NCBI GenBank assembly: GCA_964291495.2
Contig: OZ219872.1
Location: 576,001-640,000 of the forward strand
DNA length: 64,000 nucleotides
Reading direction: 5' to 3'
DNA from: Dehalococcoidia bacterium
GTDB taxonomy: Bacteria > Chloroflexota > Dehalococcoidia > UBA2979
This document shows, in pieces, positions 17,351-27,276 of this stretch. Each line of letters starts with the position of its first letter. The stretch's first letter is position 1. The notes beneath the pieces were generated by a model, which was given only the letters and a program-made list of their open reading frames with translations, ran no database searches and was not told where the DNA came from. The translations under genes were made by a program, and so were the position numbers.

Positions 17351-18652
17351 ATGACCTCGACGACGCAGCACGGCACGATCACCGAAGCGGGGCTGGCGGC
17401 GATGCGCAGCCGCATCGGCATCCCCAGCGAGACGCGACGCTACGGGGCGACGCGCGGGCTGTTCACGCTGATCAACCAGGACTCGGCGCACATCTACGCC
17501 GTCGGCAGCGGCGACGCCAACCCGCTCTACACGGACGCCGCCTACGCGCGCGCCTCGCACTGGGGCTCCGTCGTCGCGCCGCCGACGATCCTCTTCAACG
17601 CCGGCATCGTCGAGGGCCGCCCGATCACGGCGCGTGAGCGCGAGGAGGGCCGCGGCGGCGGCCTGCCCGGCGTCCACGGCATGTTCTCCGGCGCCGACTG
17701 GGAGTGGTACCAGCCGCTGCGCGAGGGTGACGAGATCTTCCGTGTCAGCTACCTCTCCGACGCGCAGGAGAAGTCCGGCGTCTTCGCCGGCCGCCAGGTG
17801 CTCTCCCTCACCGAGAGCCTCTTCCGCAACCAGCGCGGCGAGGTGCTGGCCAAGGAGGTCGAGTGGTCGATGCGCACCGAGCGCGACGGCGCGCGCGAGC
17901 GCCAGAAGTACGACTGGGAGCAGCACGAGTACACCGATGAGGATCTCGCGCGCATCGACGAGGCGTACGCGAACGAGCGCCCGCGCGGCGCGGAGCCGCG
18001 CTACTGGGAGGATGTGCAGGTCGGCGACGCCCTCGACGGCATCGTGCGCGGGCCCTACCGCGCGACGGACGCGGTCGCCTGGGACATCGGCTGGGGCGGG
18101 GTGTTCGCGCGCAGCGGGAAGGTGGACTACGACTACCGCCAGCGGCACCCGCGCGCCTACTCGAAGAACCGCTACGGCATCCCGGACATCCCGGAGCGCG
18201 TGCACTGGGAGAGCGAGTTCGCACGCGAGGTGGGCGTGCCGGGGCTCTACGACTACGGCCCTCAGCGCATCGCCTGGGCGAGCACGCTGGTCACCAACTG
18301 GATGGGCGACTCCGGCTTCCTCAAGCGGCTCTGGGTGCAGGTCCGCCGCTTCAACGTCGAGGCCGACGTGCAGTGGTACCGCGGCGAGGTGATCGCGAAG
18401 CAGATCGAGGACGGCGAGGCGCAGGTGATCTGCGACGTCTGGGCGGAGAACCAGCGCGGCGAGGTCACGGCGCCCGGCCAGGCGATCGTGCTGCTGCCCT
18501 CACGCGAGCACGGCGAGGTGCGCATCCCCGCACGCGGCCAGCCCGGCTACCCAAGCTGGGACGCGGAGACGAAGGTCACGCCGGTGGGCCAGGGCCCGCT
18601 CCCCCACCCCTCGACCACGCACGGCTTCCTGCTGCCCGGCGTGCAGCGCTAG
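17351..18652 (+). CDS. Double hot-dog (MaoC/FAS1-like) dehydratase family protein
   Basis: GDANPLYTDAAYA..VAPP, GADWEWYQP, RYWEDVQVGD, LVTNWMGD. GGAGG RBS. Confidence 0.82.
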   Translation: MTSTTQHGTITEAGLAAMRSRIGIPSETRRYGATRGLFTLINQDSAHIYAVGSGDANPLYTDAAYARASHWGSVVAPPTILFNAGIVEGRPITAREREEGRGGGLPGVHGMFSGADWEWYQPLREGDEIFRVSYLSDAQEKSGVFAGRQVLSLTESLFRNQRGEVLAKEVEWSMRTERDGARERQKYDWEQHEYTDEDLARIDEAYANERPRGAEPRYWEDVQVGDALDGIVRGPYRATDAVAWDIGWGGVFARSGKVDYDYRQRHPRAYSKNRYGIPDIPERVHWESEFAREVGVPGLYDYGPQRIAWASTLVTNWMGDSGFLKRLWVQVRRFNVEADVQWYRGEVIAKQIEDGEAQVICDVWAENQRGEVTAPGQAIVLLPSREHGEVRIPARGQPGYPSWDAETKVTPVGQGPLPHPSTTHGFLLPGVQR

Positions 18653-18658
18653 CGCGGC

Positions 18659-18860
18659 GGACGAGCGCGCGCACGGGTTCGCTTTGATGCGGGGATACCC
18701 CGCAGGGCGGCTCGGCCCACCGACCCGCCCTCGGAGTTTTCTTGGGTGGGGCTTCGCCCCCACGCCCCCTCGGTCCGTCGCCTGCGGCGCACCTTCGAGG
18801 GCGCACCCGAGTGCCGAGGCCGGATCCGGTCCCCGAGGGAGAGGGCGAGGGTCAGGGAGC
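18659..18860. repeat. Mosaic intergenic repeat between convergent genes
   Basis: 18707-18761 matches 1094-1150; degenerate G-tract REP at about 18826-18858; TGCGGGG-ATA-CCCCGCA hairpin. Confidence 0.75.
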
Positions 18861-18898
18861 CGCGCGCAGCGCGCGCCCGTCCGGCGCCCGCCTGACGC

Positions 18899-20092
18899 TC
18901 AGACTCCCGCGCCCACGGCCTCCGTGCGACCGGCGAAGGCGGGCATCACGTCCTCGGCGAAGCGCTGGTATTGCTCGATGATCTCGTCCGCCGTCACGCC
19001 CGAGGGGTGACCGAGCGTGATGCTCTCGAGGCCGGGCACCTCCTCCTCGAGGGCGTGCAGGCGTTCGATGATCTGCTCGGCCGTGCCGCAGAGCACGCTG
19101 CCGTTGGCGACCGAGTCCTCCAGCCGCGGCAGCGTCGTGTCGGCGAGCGCCGTGTCCGTGGACTTGAGGTTCTCGATCTGTTCGTCGCTGAGCGATCGCA
19201 ACAGGCGCAGCGGACCGAACATCTTGATGTTCTCCTGGAAGTAGGGCGTCAGCCTGCGGATCGCCTCCTCCTGTGTGTCCGCGATGTAGAAGTGGAAGCC
19301 GACGCTGAGGTCCTCGCCCAGCTCGGTCTCGCGGCCGGCCCGGGCATGGGCGGCCTGCCAGGCCTCGACGACGGGGAGCATGATGCCGCTCGCCGCGACG
19401 CCGCCGCCGGTCATGCCCTTCAGCCCGTGCTTGACCATGAAGTCCAGGCCACGCTCCGTCGCCCCCTGGATCGGCTGCCAGCACTCGACCGGGTGCGTTG
19501 GCCGCGGGACCAGCGAGAGCTCCTCGAGCGGGTCGCCGCGGTAGTCGACGGGCGGGCTCGGCGGCAGGTCGTAGTACTTGCCGTGGTGCGAGAAGCGGTC
19601 CTCGTTCAGCGCCTTGAGGACGATCTCGACCTGCTCCTCGAACAGGTCGCGGTTGGCTTCCTGGTCGAGCAGTGGCGAGCCGAAGGTCTCGACCTCGCGC
19701 GTGTGGTAGCCGCGCCCGACGCCCATGATCACGCGCCCGCCGGTGAGGATGTCGGCGACGGCGAAGTCCTCGGCGAGCCGCAGCGGGTGCCACATCGGGG
19801 TGATGTTGAAGCCACAGCCGAGCTTGACGTTCTCGGTGACGTGGGCGAGGTGGACGTAGAGCATCAGCAGGTTCGGCAGGCACTCGTAGCCCTCGGGCTG
19901 GAAGTGGTGCTCGGCCGTCCAGAACGAGTAGTAGCCGAGGCCGTCAACGGCCTTCGCGACCTGCTCGGCCTTGTCGTGCGCGCCGGCCAGCACCTCGTTC
20001 GGGTAGTGGCGCTGCATGACCGGCGTGCCGCCGTAGCCGATGTCCTTGAGGTCCACGTGGCCGGTGTAGAGCGTCTCGAACCGCTTGAGCAT
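18899..20092 (-). CDS. Luciferase-like (LLM class) flavin-dependent oxidoreductase
   Basis: FWTAEHHFQPEG, WHPLRLAED..ADILTGGRVIMGVGRGY, FAEDVMPAF. Confidence 0.92.
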   Translation of the reverse strand: MLKRFETLYTGHVDLKDIGYGGTPVMQRHYPNEVLAGAHDKAEQVAKAVDGLGYYSFWTAEHHFQPEGYECLPNLLMLYVHLAHVTENVKLGCGFNITPMWHPLRLAEDFAVADILTGGRVIMGVGRGYHTREVETFGSPLLDQEANRDLFEEQVEIVLKALNEDRFSHHGKYYDLPPSPPVDYRGDPLEELSLVPRPTHPVECWQPIQGATERGLDFMVKHGLKGMTGGGVAASGIMLPVVEAWQAAHARAGRETELGEDLSVGFHFYIADTQEEAIRRLTPYFQENIKMFGPLRLLRSLSDEQIENLKSTDTALADTTLPRLEDSVANGSVLCGTAEQIIERLHALEEEVPGLESITLGHPSGVTADEIIEQYQRFAEDVMPAFAGRTEAVGAGV

Positions 20093-20169
20093 GCCTGCCT
20101 CCGTTTCGCCGTCGCGGGGGAGTGTAACCGAGGGCGCCGTTAGGGCGACCGGCGGGAGCCCTCGACTGC

Positions 20170-20428
20170 GGGGGCTGCGCCCTCCGGGGCCCGTCTCCCC
20201 GCAGAGACCGTTGTGAGACTCCCACAGGCCCGATCCGGCGCCCTCTCCCTGGGGAGAGGGCGGGGGTGAGGGGAAGACTCCGGCGCCCTCCGAGAGCCCC
20301 GATGGCGCAACGCGATTCCGGAGGGCGGAACTCCCTCACCCTAACCCTCTCCCTCGGCGAGAGGGGACCGGAAGGGAGGCGCACCCCCGCCGCTGCCCCG
20401 GCTGGATTCCGGCTTTCGCCGGAATGAC
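20170..20428. repeat. Mosaic intergenic repeat (inverted REP pair plus dRS3-like hairpin)
   Basis: REPs at 20241-20273 and 20333-20366. 20205-20372 recurs in reverse at 56711-56910. CTGGATTCCGGC-TTTC-GCCGGAATGAC at 20402-20428. Confidence 0.88.
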
Positions 20429-20435
20429 GGGAAGG

Positions 20436-21221
20436 CTAGCGGCCCTTGAAGACGGGCTTGCGCTTCTCCGCGAACGCAGCCGCCGCCTCGGTCGTGTCGT
20501 CGAGGGTGAACAGCGACTGCTGCGCCTGCGGGTAGTCGATCGTGATCTGGTAGGCGGTCGGGCGGGGGCGCGCCATCATCAGCTGGCGCTTCGTCACCTG
20601 CACGTGCACCGGCGGCAGCGCGGCCAGCTCGTGCGCGATGCTCAGCGCCGTCGGCATCACCTCGCCCGCGGGCACGACGTGGTTCGCGAGGCCCACCTCG
20701 TAGGCGCGCTGCGCGGAGAAGCGGTGGCCGCGCAGCATCATCTCGCAGCCCGGCAGCCACGACAGCCCGTTCATCAGCGGCACCAGCGCCGACCCCAGCA
20801 CGCCTGTCGGCACGGACGAGAAGGCGATCGTGGCGTCGTCGGCGAGGACGGAGATGTCCGAGCCGCAGACCATGTAGAGGCCAGCGCCCCAGGCGCCGCC
20901 CTGGACGGCGGCGATGATCGGCTTGTCCGTGTCCGGCACCAGCTGGAAGCCGAGGATCTTCGCCCGCGAGTCGGCCAGCCGGTTGCCGCGGATGCCGTGC
21001 TCGGCCTGCTCCTTGATGTCGCGGCCCGCGCTGAAGACCCGGCCCTCGCCGGTGAGGACGATCGCGCGCACCTGCTCGTCGGCCAGCGCCTCCATCCAGG
21101 CGCCGCCGAGCTCGTCGCCCAGCACCTGGCCGAAGGCGTTGAGCCGCTCCGGCCGGTTCATCGTGATGACCGCAACGTGGCCGTCGACCTCGTAGCGGAC
21201 GTACTGCGCCTCGTAGGTCAT
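20436..21221 (-). CDS. Crotonase-fold (enoyl-CoA hydratase/isomerase family) protein
   Basis: ITMNRPERLNA, GEGRVFSAGRD, KPIIAAVQG, FAEKRKPVFKGR. Confidence 0.88.
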   Translation of the reverse strand: MTYEAQYVRYEVDGHVAVITMNRPERLNAFGQVLGDELGGAWMEALADEQVRAIVLTGEGRVFSAGRDIKEQAEHGIRGNRLADSRAKILGFQLVPDTDKPIIAAVQGGAWGAGLYMVCGSDISVLADDATIAFSSVPTGVLGSALVPLMNGLSWLPGCEMMLRGHRFSAQRAYEVGLANHVVPAGEVMPTALSIAHELAALPPVHVQVTKRQLMMARPRPTAYQITIDYPQAQQSLFTLDDTTEAAAAFAEKRKPVFKGR

Positions 21222-21223
21222 CG

Positions 21224-22054
21224 TTATCGCCCCCTGAACATCGGCGGACGCCGCTCGCGCCGCGCCGCCCGTGCTTCCTCTGCGTCCTCGGAGTTGCCCG
21301 TGATGGCGGAGGCGTTGGCCGAGAGCTGCAGCGTGGTGTCGAAGCTGCTGTCGAGGCCGGCGCGCATCACGCGCTTGCCTACCCACTGCACCAGCGGCGG
21401 GCTGGCGATGATCTTCCTGCAGACCTCCAGCGTGGTCTCGCGCAGATCCTCGAGCGGCACGTAGTGGTTGAGCAGCCCCAGGCGGTAGGCGTCCTCGCCG
21501 ACCAGGAAGCCGCCCGTGTAGAGCAGCTCGAGGGCGTTGCCGAGGCCGATCATGCGCGGCAGGAAGTACATCCCGCCGTTGTGGATGAGCTGGCCGACGT
21601 TCTGGTAGGTGAAGAAGCGCGTCTCCGGGCAGCCGATGCGGATGTCGCAGTGCAGCGCAATATCGAGGCCCGCGCCGACCGCCACGCCGTTGACCATCGC
21701 GATCGTCGGCTTGCGGGTCGAGGAGATCTTGCGGAACAGCGGCGTGAAGATCTCGCTGAAGAACTGGCGGCTGCCGTCCGGGCCGCCGGGACGCTCCTCG
21801 TCGGGGTGGTCGCGCCCGCCGCGCTGGTCCGCGCCCGAGCAGAACCCGCGCCCCTCGCCGGTGATCACGATCACGCGGATCTCAGGGTCCGCGTCGGCGG
21901 CGTCGAGGTACTCGCCCAGCTTGTTGAGCGTTGAGTCGGGGCGGATGTAGCCGTGGAGGGCGTTCAACACCTCGGGGCGGTTGAACGTGATCCAGAGGAC
22001 GCCGTCCTCCGGCTCGTAGCGCAGGTGGTCGACGATCGCGGGTCCGTTACTCAC
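21224..22054 (-). CDS. Crotonase-fold (enoyl-CoA hydratase/isomerase family) protein
   Basis: ITFNRPEVLNA, GEGRGFCSGAD, KPTIAMVNGVAVGAG, ERRPPMFRGR. Confidence 0.88.
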   Translation of the reverse strand: MSNGPAIVDHLRYEPEDGVLWITFNRPEVLNALHGYIRPDSTLNKLGEYLDAADADPEIRVIVITGEGRGFCSGADQRGGRDHPDEERPGGPDGSRQFFSEIFTPLFRKISSTRKPTIAMVNGVAVGAGLDIALHCDIRIGCPETRFFTYQNVGQLIHNGGMYFLPRMIGLGNALELLYTGGFLVGEDAYRLGLLNHYVPLEDLRETTLEVCRKIIASPPLVQWVGKRVMRAGLDSSFDTTLQLSANASAITGNSEDAEEARAARRERRPPMFRGR

Positions 22055-22088
22055 GTGCTGCTCCCTCGATGCTTCGAGCCGCCGCGCG

Positions 22089-23315
22089 CTAGCCGCGAGG
22101 CAGGCCGAGGCCGCGCGTGGCGATGATGTTGCGCTGGATCTCGCTGCTGCCGCCGGCGATCGTGCGCGAGACGTGCCGGACGTACTCCTTGGCCGGCTCC
22201 CCCTCCAGCGGCGCGTGGCCGCTGCCGTCCCCGCCCCAGAGCTGTCCGTACAGACCCAGCGCCTTCGCCGTCGTGCGCGACGTGCGCTGGATCGTCTCGA
22301 ACACGCTCATCTGCAACATCGAGGCCTCGTAGTTGGGCACCAGGCCCGCGCCCTGCATCGAGACGACCCGAAACGCGAGGTTGAAGACCACCTCCACCTC
22401 GATCGCCCGGTCGGCGATCTCGTGCCGGATCGTCGCCGACTCGGACGCACGCGACTTGGCCGCGCCCTCGGCCGAGCCGATGAATGCGACGAGGCGCTCG
22501 ATCGAGCGCTGCGCGTCCACGGTCTGGCGAATGCGCGAGCGCTCGAAGTCGAGCAGCGTCACGCTCACGTACCAGCCGCGATTCTCCTCGCCGACGAGGT
22601 TGCCGGCGGGGACGCTCACGTTGTCGAAGAAGACCTCGTTGAAGCCATGCTCGCCGGCCATGTTGATCAGCGGGCGGATCGAGATCCCCGGCGACGACAT
22701 GTCCACCAGCAGGAAGGAGATGCCGCGGTGCTTCGCGGCGTCCGGGTCGGTGCGCACGAGCAGCGCGATGTGGTCCGCGGCGTGCGCGCGCGAGGTCCAG
22801 ATCTTCTGCCCGTTGACCGTGTACTCGTCGCCGTCGCGGACCGCCCTCGTCTGCAGCGAGGCGAGGTCCGAGCCCGCGCCGGGCTCGGAGAAGCCCTGGC
22901 ACCAGGCGCGCTCGCCGGACAGCGTCTTCGAGATATGCTCGGCCTTCAGCTCCTCCGTGCCGTGGATGATGATCGCCGGACCGATCTGCGAGATGCCCTG
23001 CCCGCCCACCTGCGGCGCCTCGGCCTTCGCCAGCTCGTGGTTGAGGATGAACTGCTCGACCGAGGTCATCCCGCCACCGCCGTACTCGACGGGCCAGGCG
23101 GGGGCGATCCAGCCGCGATCGGCGAGCGCGCGCGCCCAGCTCCAGGCGGCGTCGCGGACCACCGGATCCTCGGAGATGCGGTCGATCTGCCACTCCTCGC
23201 CGGAGCCGCCGGGGCCGCCTCGGATCTTGCGGTAGTGCTCCGGCAGCGACGTCTCGACGAGTTCGCTCACGGCGGCGCGGAACGCGGCCTGCTCCGGCGT
23301 ATCAGCCCACTCCAC
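22089..23315 (-). CDS. Acyl-CoA dehydrogenase family protein
   Basis: WCQGFSEPGAGSDLASL, VNGQKIWTS, FNEVFFDNV, LDFER, TIAGGSSEIQRNII. Confidence 0.93.
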   Translation of the reverse strand: MEWADTPEQAAFRAAVSELVETSLPEHYRKIRGGPGGSGEEWQIDRISEDPVVRDAAWSWARALADRGWIAPAWPVEYGGGGMTSVEQFILNHELAKAEAPQVGGQGISQIGPAIIIHGTEELKAEHISKTLSGERAWCQGFSEPGAGSDLASLQTRAVRDGDEYTVNGQKIWTSRAHAADHIALLVRTDPDAAKHRGISFLLVDMSSPGISIRPLINMAGEHGFNEVFFDNVSVPAGNLVGEENRGWYVSVTLLDFERSRIRQTVDAQRSIERLVAFIGSAEGAAKSRASESATIRHEIADRAIEVEVVFNLAFRVVSMQGAGLVPNYEASMLQMSVFETIQRTSRTTAKALGLYGQLWGGDGSGHAPLEGEPAKEYVRHVSRTIAGGSSEIQRNIIATRGLGLPRG

Positions 23316-23387
23316 GCGCCGCTCCTCTGCGTGCCCCGAGGGCAGGTGCGCCCGCGGCCCGCGCGATGATACCGCGCGCCGCCCGGC

Positions 23388-24071
23388 TCAGGCCTCCTCG
23401 GGCGGGTAGAACGTCTCCAGCTCCTGCACCGTGATCATCGCGCCGCGCGACTTGTCGATGATCTTCTCGCCGCTGGCGACCAGCGCCTCGTAGCCGGGCG
23501 CCGTGGTGCGGTTGTTGCACGCCTCCAGGCTCTCCCACCAGACCTCGCCGGCGTAGTCCGGGAGGAAGCCCTCGATCCGGGAGGAGCGCACGCGGTTCGT
23601 GCGGAACTTGAGGATGCCGCCCAGCTCCAGCGCGTGCGCGGCGTGCTCCTCGCGCCAGTAGCGCTCGAACTCCTCGGCGCTCACGTCCGGGCGGCGGTGC
23701 AGGAAGGCGAAGCTGCGCACGGTGGTCGGCGGCTCCGGGGCGCCCTCCGGCAGGAACTCGTCGAGCCGCTCGAGGACGATGCCGGTGTTGCGGGGCTGGT
23801 CGATGATGTTGTGGCCGCTCTCCAGCGCGCGCTGGCCCTCGGGGATGCGGAAGCCGATCTCGGCGTCCTCGGGCGTGCGCCACCACAGCTCGCCCATCGC
23901 GTCCGGCTGCAGGCCCTCCACGGTCGACTCGAGCACGAGGTTGGTCCCGAAGCGGTAGACGGAGGGCACCTTCACCACGAAGCCGGAGTGCGTCTCCAGC
24001 CAGTAGCGCTGGAACTCCTCGGGGCTCACGTCCGGGCGGCGGTGCAGGATCGCCAGGTTGCGCACGTTCAC
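23388..24071 (-). CDS. Tandem EthD-like dimeric alpha/beta-barrel protein
   Basis: Two repeats of LHRRPDVSxEEFxRYWxExH...GExWW. GTG start after GGGAGAG. Confidence 0.82.
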   Translation of the reverse strand: MNVRNLAILHRRPDVSPEEFQRYWLETHSGFVVKVPSVYRFGTNLVLESTVEGLQPDAMGELWWRTPEDAEIGFRIPEGQRALESGHNIIDQPRNTGIVLERLDEFLPEGAPEPPTTVRSFAFLHRRPDVSAEEFERYWREEHAAHALELGGILKFRTNRVRSSRIEGFLPDYAGEVWWESLEACNNRTTAPGYEALVASGEKIIDKSRGAMITVQELETFYPPEEA

Positions 24072-24226
24072 GATTCGTCTCTCCCATCGCCCGCCGGGCG
24101 TGGCCGGGCAGCGCACCGAACAGTACGCGGATCGTGGCGATTTCGCCCACCAGGCGCGCGCATTATGTCCGCCGGTGCTACGGTGGATCTGGGGAAGCAT
24201 CAGGCGTCAGGAGAGAGGCGTAAGCC

Positions 24227-25309
24227 ATGAACGAACCGACCCTGTTGTCGCCGGATCGAGCCCGATCGCTGCGGCAGTTGCTCCTCGTCCTCGCAATCCT
24301 CGCGGGCCTCGCGGCGAGCGTGATCGTACTCGCCTCACAACCCGTCACGGACTTCCTGCGCGAGGGCCCGGCGCGCCTGCTTCCCTTCGAGGGCGGCGCG
24401 GCGCGAGCCGTGCTCGGCATCGGCGCGGCGCTCGCCACGATTGTCGCCGGAGCGGCGCTCTGGCGAGGCGTCTCGATCGCCTCGGTCGTCGTCGCGGTCA
24501 TCGCCGTCGGCGTCGGATTCCTGCTGATTCACGTCCTGCTGACGCCCGCGATCGGGCTGTTCACGCTCAGCGTCCTCGCCTTCGTCGGAGGGCGCACGCC
24601 GCGGCTGCTGCTCGTCGAGGCCGGCCCGCGCCGCTACCCGCTGCGCTGGGCCGCCGGCGGCGTCGTCGTCGCCGCCGCGCTGGTGGTCGGTGGCGTGGTG
24701 AGCTACTGGCTCGCCTCGCCGCTCTGGGACGAGGGCACGATGCTCGACGAGGGTCTGGGCTTCGAGGTCGCAGGCATGCCCACCGCGAGCCCCACGGCCG
24801 CCGCAGGAGGCGCCGCCGCCACGGAGACGGGGACCGCCACCGAGGCGCCCACCGAAACGGCATCCCCGACAACCACCGAGGCCGCTGCATCGCCTACCGC
24901 AGCGAGCGGTACGGAGACGCCCACCGCGACCGCCGCGGCAGAGACGCCGACGGCAACCGCTGCGCCCTCGGGCCAGGGCTCGCTGATCTCGATGGGCGAG
25001 CTGATGGGCGCCGACATGTTCCACACGGGGAGCGGCCAGGTGCTACTGGTACGCGCGCCGGACGGCTCGGTGATCCTCCGCTTCCAGGACTACGCCGTGC
25101 GCAACGGGCCCGACCTGTTCATCTACCTCACGCCCGACCCCAACGGCGACGTGGGCGTGGATGGCGCGATCGAGCTGAGCGAGATCCGGGCCACCCGCGG
25201 CAATGTGAACTACGAGGTGCCCGACGATGTCGACCCCTCGACGTTCCGTGCCGCCGTGATCTGGTGCAAGGCGTTCGCCGTGCTCTTCGCGCACGCGGAG
25301 CTCGAGTAG
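24227..25309 (+). CDS. Membrane-anchored DM13-domain protein
   Basis: N-terminal TM helices, Thr/Ala/Pro linker, C-terminal HTGSG..NGPDLFIYL..GNVNYEVP..VIWCKAFAVLF. Confidence 0.85.
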   Translation: MNEPTLLSPDRARSLRQLLLVLAILAGLAASVIVLASQPVTDFLREGPARLLPFEGGAARAVLGIGAALATIVAGAALWRGVSIASVVVAVIAVGVGFLLIHVLLTPAIGLFTLSVLAFVGGRTPRLLLVEAGPRRYPLRWAAGGVVVAAALVVGGVVSYWLASPLWDEGTMLDEGLGFEVAGMPTASPTAAAGGAAATETGTATEAPTETASPTTTEAAASPTAASGTETPTATAAAETPTATAAPSGQGSLISMGELMGADMFHTGSGQVLLVRAPDGSVILRFQDYAVRNGPDLFIYLTPDPNGDVGVDGAIELSEIRATRGNVNYEVPDDVDPSTFRAAVIWCKAFAVLFAHAELE

Positions 25310-25339
25310 CCCCTCCAGTCTCCTCTCCCTGAGGGCGCA

Positions 25340-25590
25340 CCCTCCGGCCCCCTCCCCCCTGGCGGGGGAGGGCGGGGGGTGAGGGGGAAGAGCCACGGAT
25401 GGCACCCAACCCCCGAGGGTGCAACAACCCATAGAGGTGGTGAATCCCGCCGGCGCGCCTGGACTCCGCGTTCGCCGGAATGACGAGAGGGTGCGCGGCA
25501 GGTACCGGGGGCGCAACAACCCATCGAGCCGGGAGCACTGCCGGCGAGCCCCCTCACCCCCGCCCTCTCCCCCAGGAGAGGGAGCCGGAG
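25340..25590. repeat. Mosaic intergenic repeat between convergent genes
   Basis: Inverted REP pair (about 25348-25387 and 25549-25582) enclosing a dRS3-like hairpin (25459-25484) and two GCAACAACCCAT copies. Confidence 0.8.
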
Positions 25591-25646
25591 GGAGCCGGAG
25601 CGCCCCGGCGAAGCTGCCAGGGGTCTCCTGCGGAAAGAGCGGGGCC

Positions 25647-26423
25647 TCAGGAGATGCCCCCGCCGCCGTCGATCGAGAGCGTGTGGCCTGTGATGTGGTT
25701 CGCGAGGTCCGAGGCGAGGAAGACGGCGCCCGCACCGAACTCCTCGGGCGGGGCGAGCCGCTTCAGCAACCCGTAGTCCGACACGCGCTCGCTCTCGCGG
25801 TCCGGGTCCATGTTCTTCGTCCGGCCCGCGCTGTCGACGCCGCCGGGGGCGATCGCGTTGACGCGGATGCCGTAAGGCGCCCACTCCGCCGCCAGCTCCC
25901 GCGTCAGCCCGAGGATGCCCGCCTTCGCGGCCGTGTAGGCGGCGATGCCGATGCCGGTCGACTTGAAGGCAGCGTTCGACGAGGTGTTGACGACGCTGCC
26001 GCCGTGGCCCTCCTCGATCATCGCGAGTGCGGCCGCCTGGCTGCCGATGAAGGCCGCCTTGAGGTTCATGCGCAGGATCGCGTCGAAGCCGTTCTCGGAG
26101 ATGTCGAGGGCGGGGAGCTGGAAGTTGCCTCCCGCGTTGTTGAACATCGCGTCGATGCGGCCGAAGCGCTCGCGCGCGCCGGCGACCAGCGCGCGGATCG
26201 AGTCCGGCTGGCGCACGTCGGTGTGGATGAAGTGCGCCTGCCCGCCGGCCTCGATGATCTCGGCGGCGGTACGCGCCCCGGTCTCCTCGTTGATCTCGCC
26301 GATCACGACGCTCGCGCCGGCGTCGCCCGCGCCGATGGCGATCGCGCGGCCGATGCCCTCGCCCGCGCCGGTCACGACCGCGACGCGGCCGTCCATGCGG
26401 ATGCCGTCCATCAGGTAGCCCAT
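25647..26423 (-). CDS. Short-chain dehydrogenase/reductase
   Basis: TGAGEGIG, NNAGG, YTAAK, IRVNAIAPG. Confidence 0.92.
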   Translation of the reverse strand: MGYLMDGIRMDGRVAVVTGAGEGIGRAIAIGAGDAGASVVIGEINEETGARTAAEIIEAGGQAHFIHTDVRQPDSIRALVAGARERFGRIDAMFNNAGGNFQLPALDISENGFDAILRMNLKAAFIGSQAAALAMIEEGHGGSVVNTSSNAAFKSTGIGIAAYTAAKAGILGLTRELAAEWAPYGIRVNAIAPGGVDSAGRTKNMDPDRESERVSDYGLLKRLAPPEEFGAGAVFLASDLANHITGHTLSIDGGGGIS

Positions 26424-26504
26424 GCTTCGCCCCTCTCGCAGCGCACGCCACGATAGCGCGCCGCGGCACACGGCTATACTGCCGCTCGCGGCTCGGAGGT
26501 GGCG

Positions 26505-27257
26505 ATGACTACCCGGTTCGAGGGCAAGGTGGCGCTGGTCACCGGAGGCGGCTCCGGCATTGCGCAGGCCGTCTGCCTGCGTTTCGCAGCCGACGGCGCG
26601 AGCGTCGCCGTCGCCGACATCGACGCGGACGCCGCGCGCGCGAGCGTCGCGACGATCGAGGAGCAGGGCGGCGTCGCGACCGCCATCGAGGGCGACGTGA
26701 CCGTCGCCGCCGACGCGGAGCGGATCGTCGCCGAGACCGTCGCGGCCTTCGGACGGCTCGACATCCTCGCCAACGTGGTCGGCGGCAGCCTGCCGCAGTT
26801 CAGCGTCGTCGACCTGCCCGAGGAGGAGTGGCGCGACCTGCTGGAGATGAACCTCACGAGCGTCTTCTTGATGTCGAAGCACGCAATCCCGCACATCGCC
26901 GAGGCGGGGGGCGGGGCAATCGTCAACGTCTCGTCCGGCTCGGGCGTTTCCGGCCAGCCGCTCAACCCCGGCTACGTCGCCGCCAAGGGCGGCGTGATCG
27001 CGCTCACCAAGGGCATGGCGCTGGACCACGCCGCGCAGAACATCCGCGTGAACTGCGTCGCGCCGGGACCGGTGCTGACGCCGCTGATGCGCCGCAACCG
27101 CACGCCCGAGGAGATCGAGGGCTTCGGGCGGCTCAACCCTCTCGGCCGGGTGGGTCTGCCCGAGGAACTGGCGGATGCCATCACCTATCTCGCATCCGAT
27201 CAGGCCTCGTTCATCACGGGGCAGACCGTCAACGTCGACGGCGGCGTGAACCGCTGA
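26505..27257 (+). CDS. Short-chain dehydrogenase/reductase
   Basis: TGGGSGIA, YVAAK, IRVNCVAPG, ITGQTVNVDGG. Confidence 0.92.
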   Translation: MTTRFEGKVALVTGGGSGIAQAVCLRFAADGASVAVADIDADAARASVATIEEQGGVATAIEGDVTVAADAERIVAETVAAFGRLDILANVVGGSLPQFSVVDLPEEEWRDLLEMNLTSVFLMSKHAIPHIAEAGGGAIVNVSSGSGVSGQPLNPGYVAAKGGVIALTKGMALDHAAQNIRVNCVAPGPVLTPLMRRNRTPEEIEGFGRLNPLGRVGLPEELADAITYLASDQASFITGQTVNVDGGVNR

Positions 27258-27276
27258 GCGGAGGAACCCAAGAGCG

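Noticed and set aside
24780-24970. Tandem DNA repeat in the DM13 gene
   Set aside because: Ordinary Thr/Ala/Pro/Glu low-complexity linker with degenerate codons.
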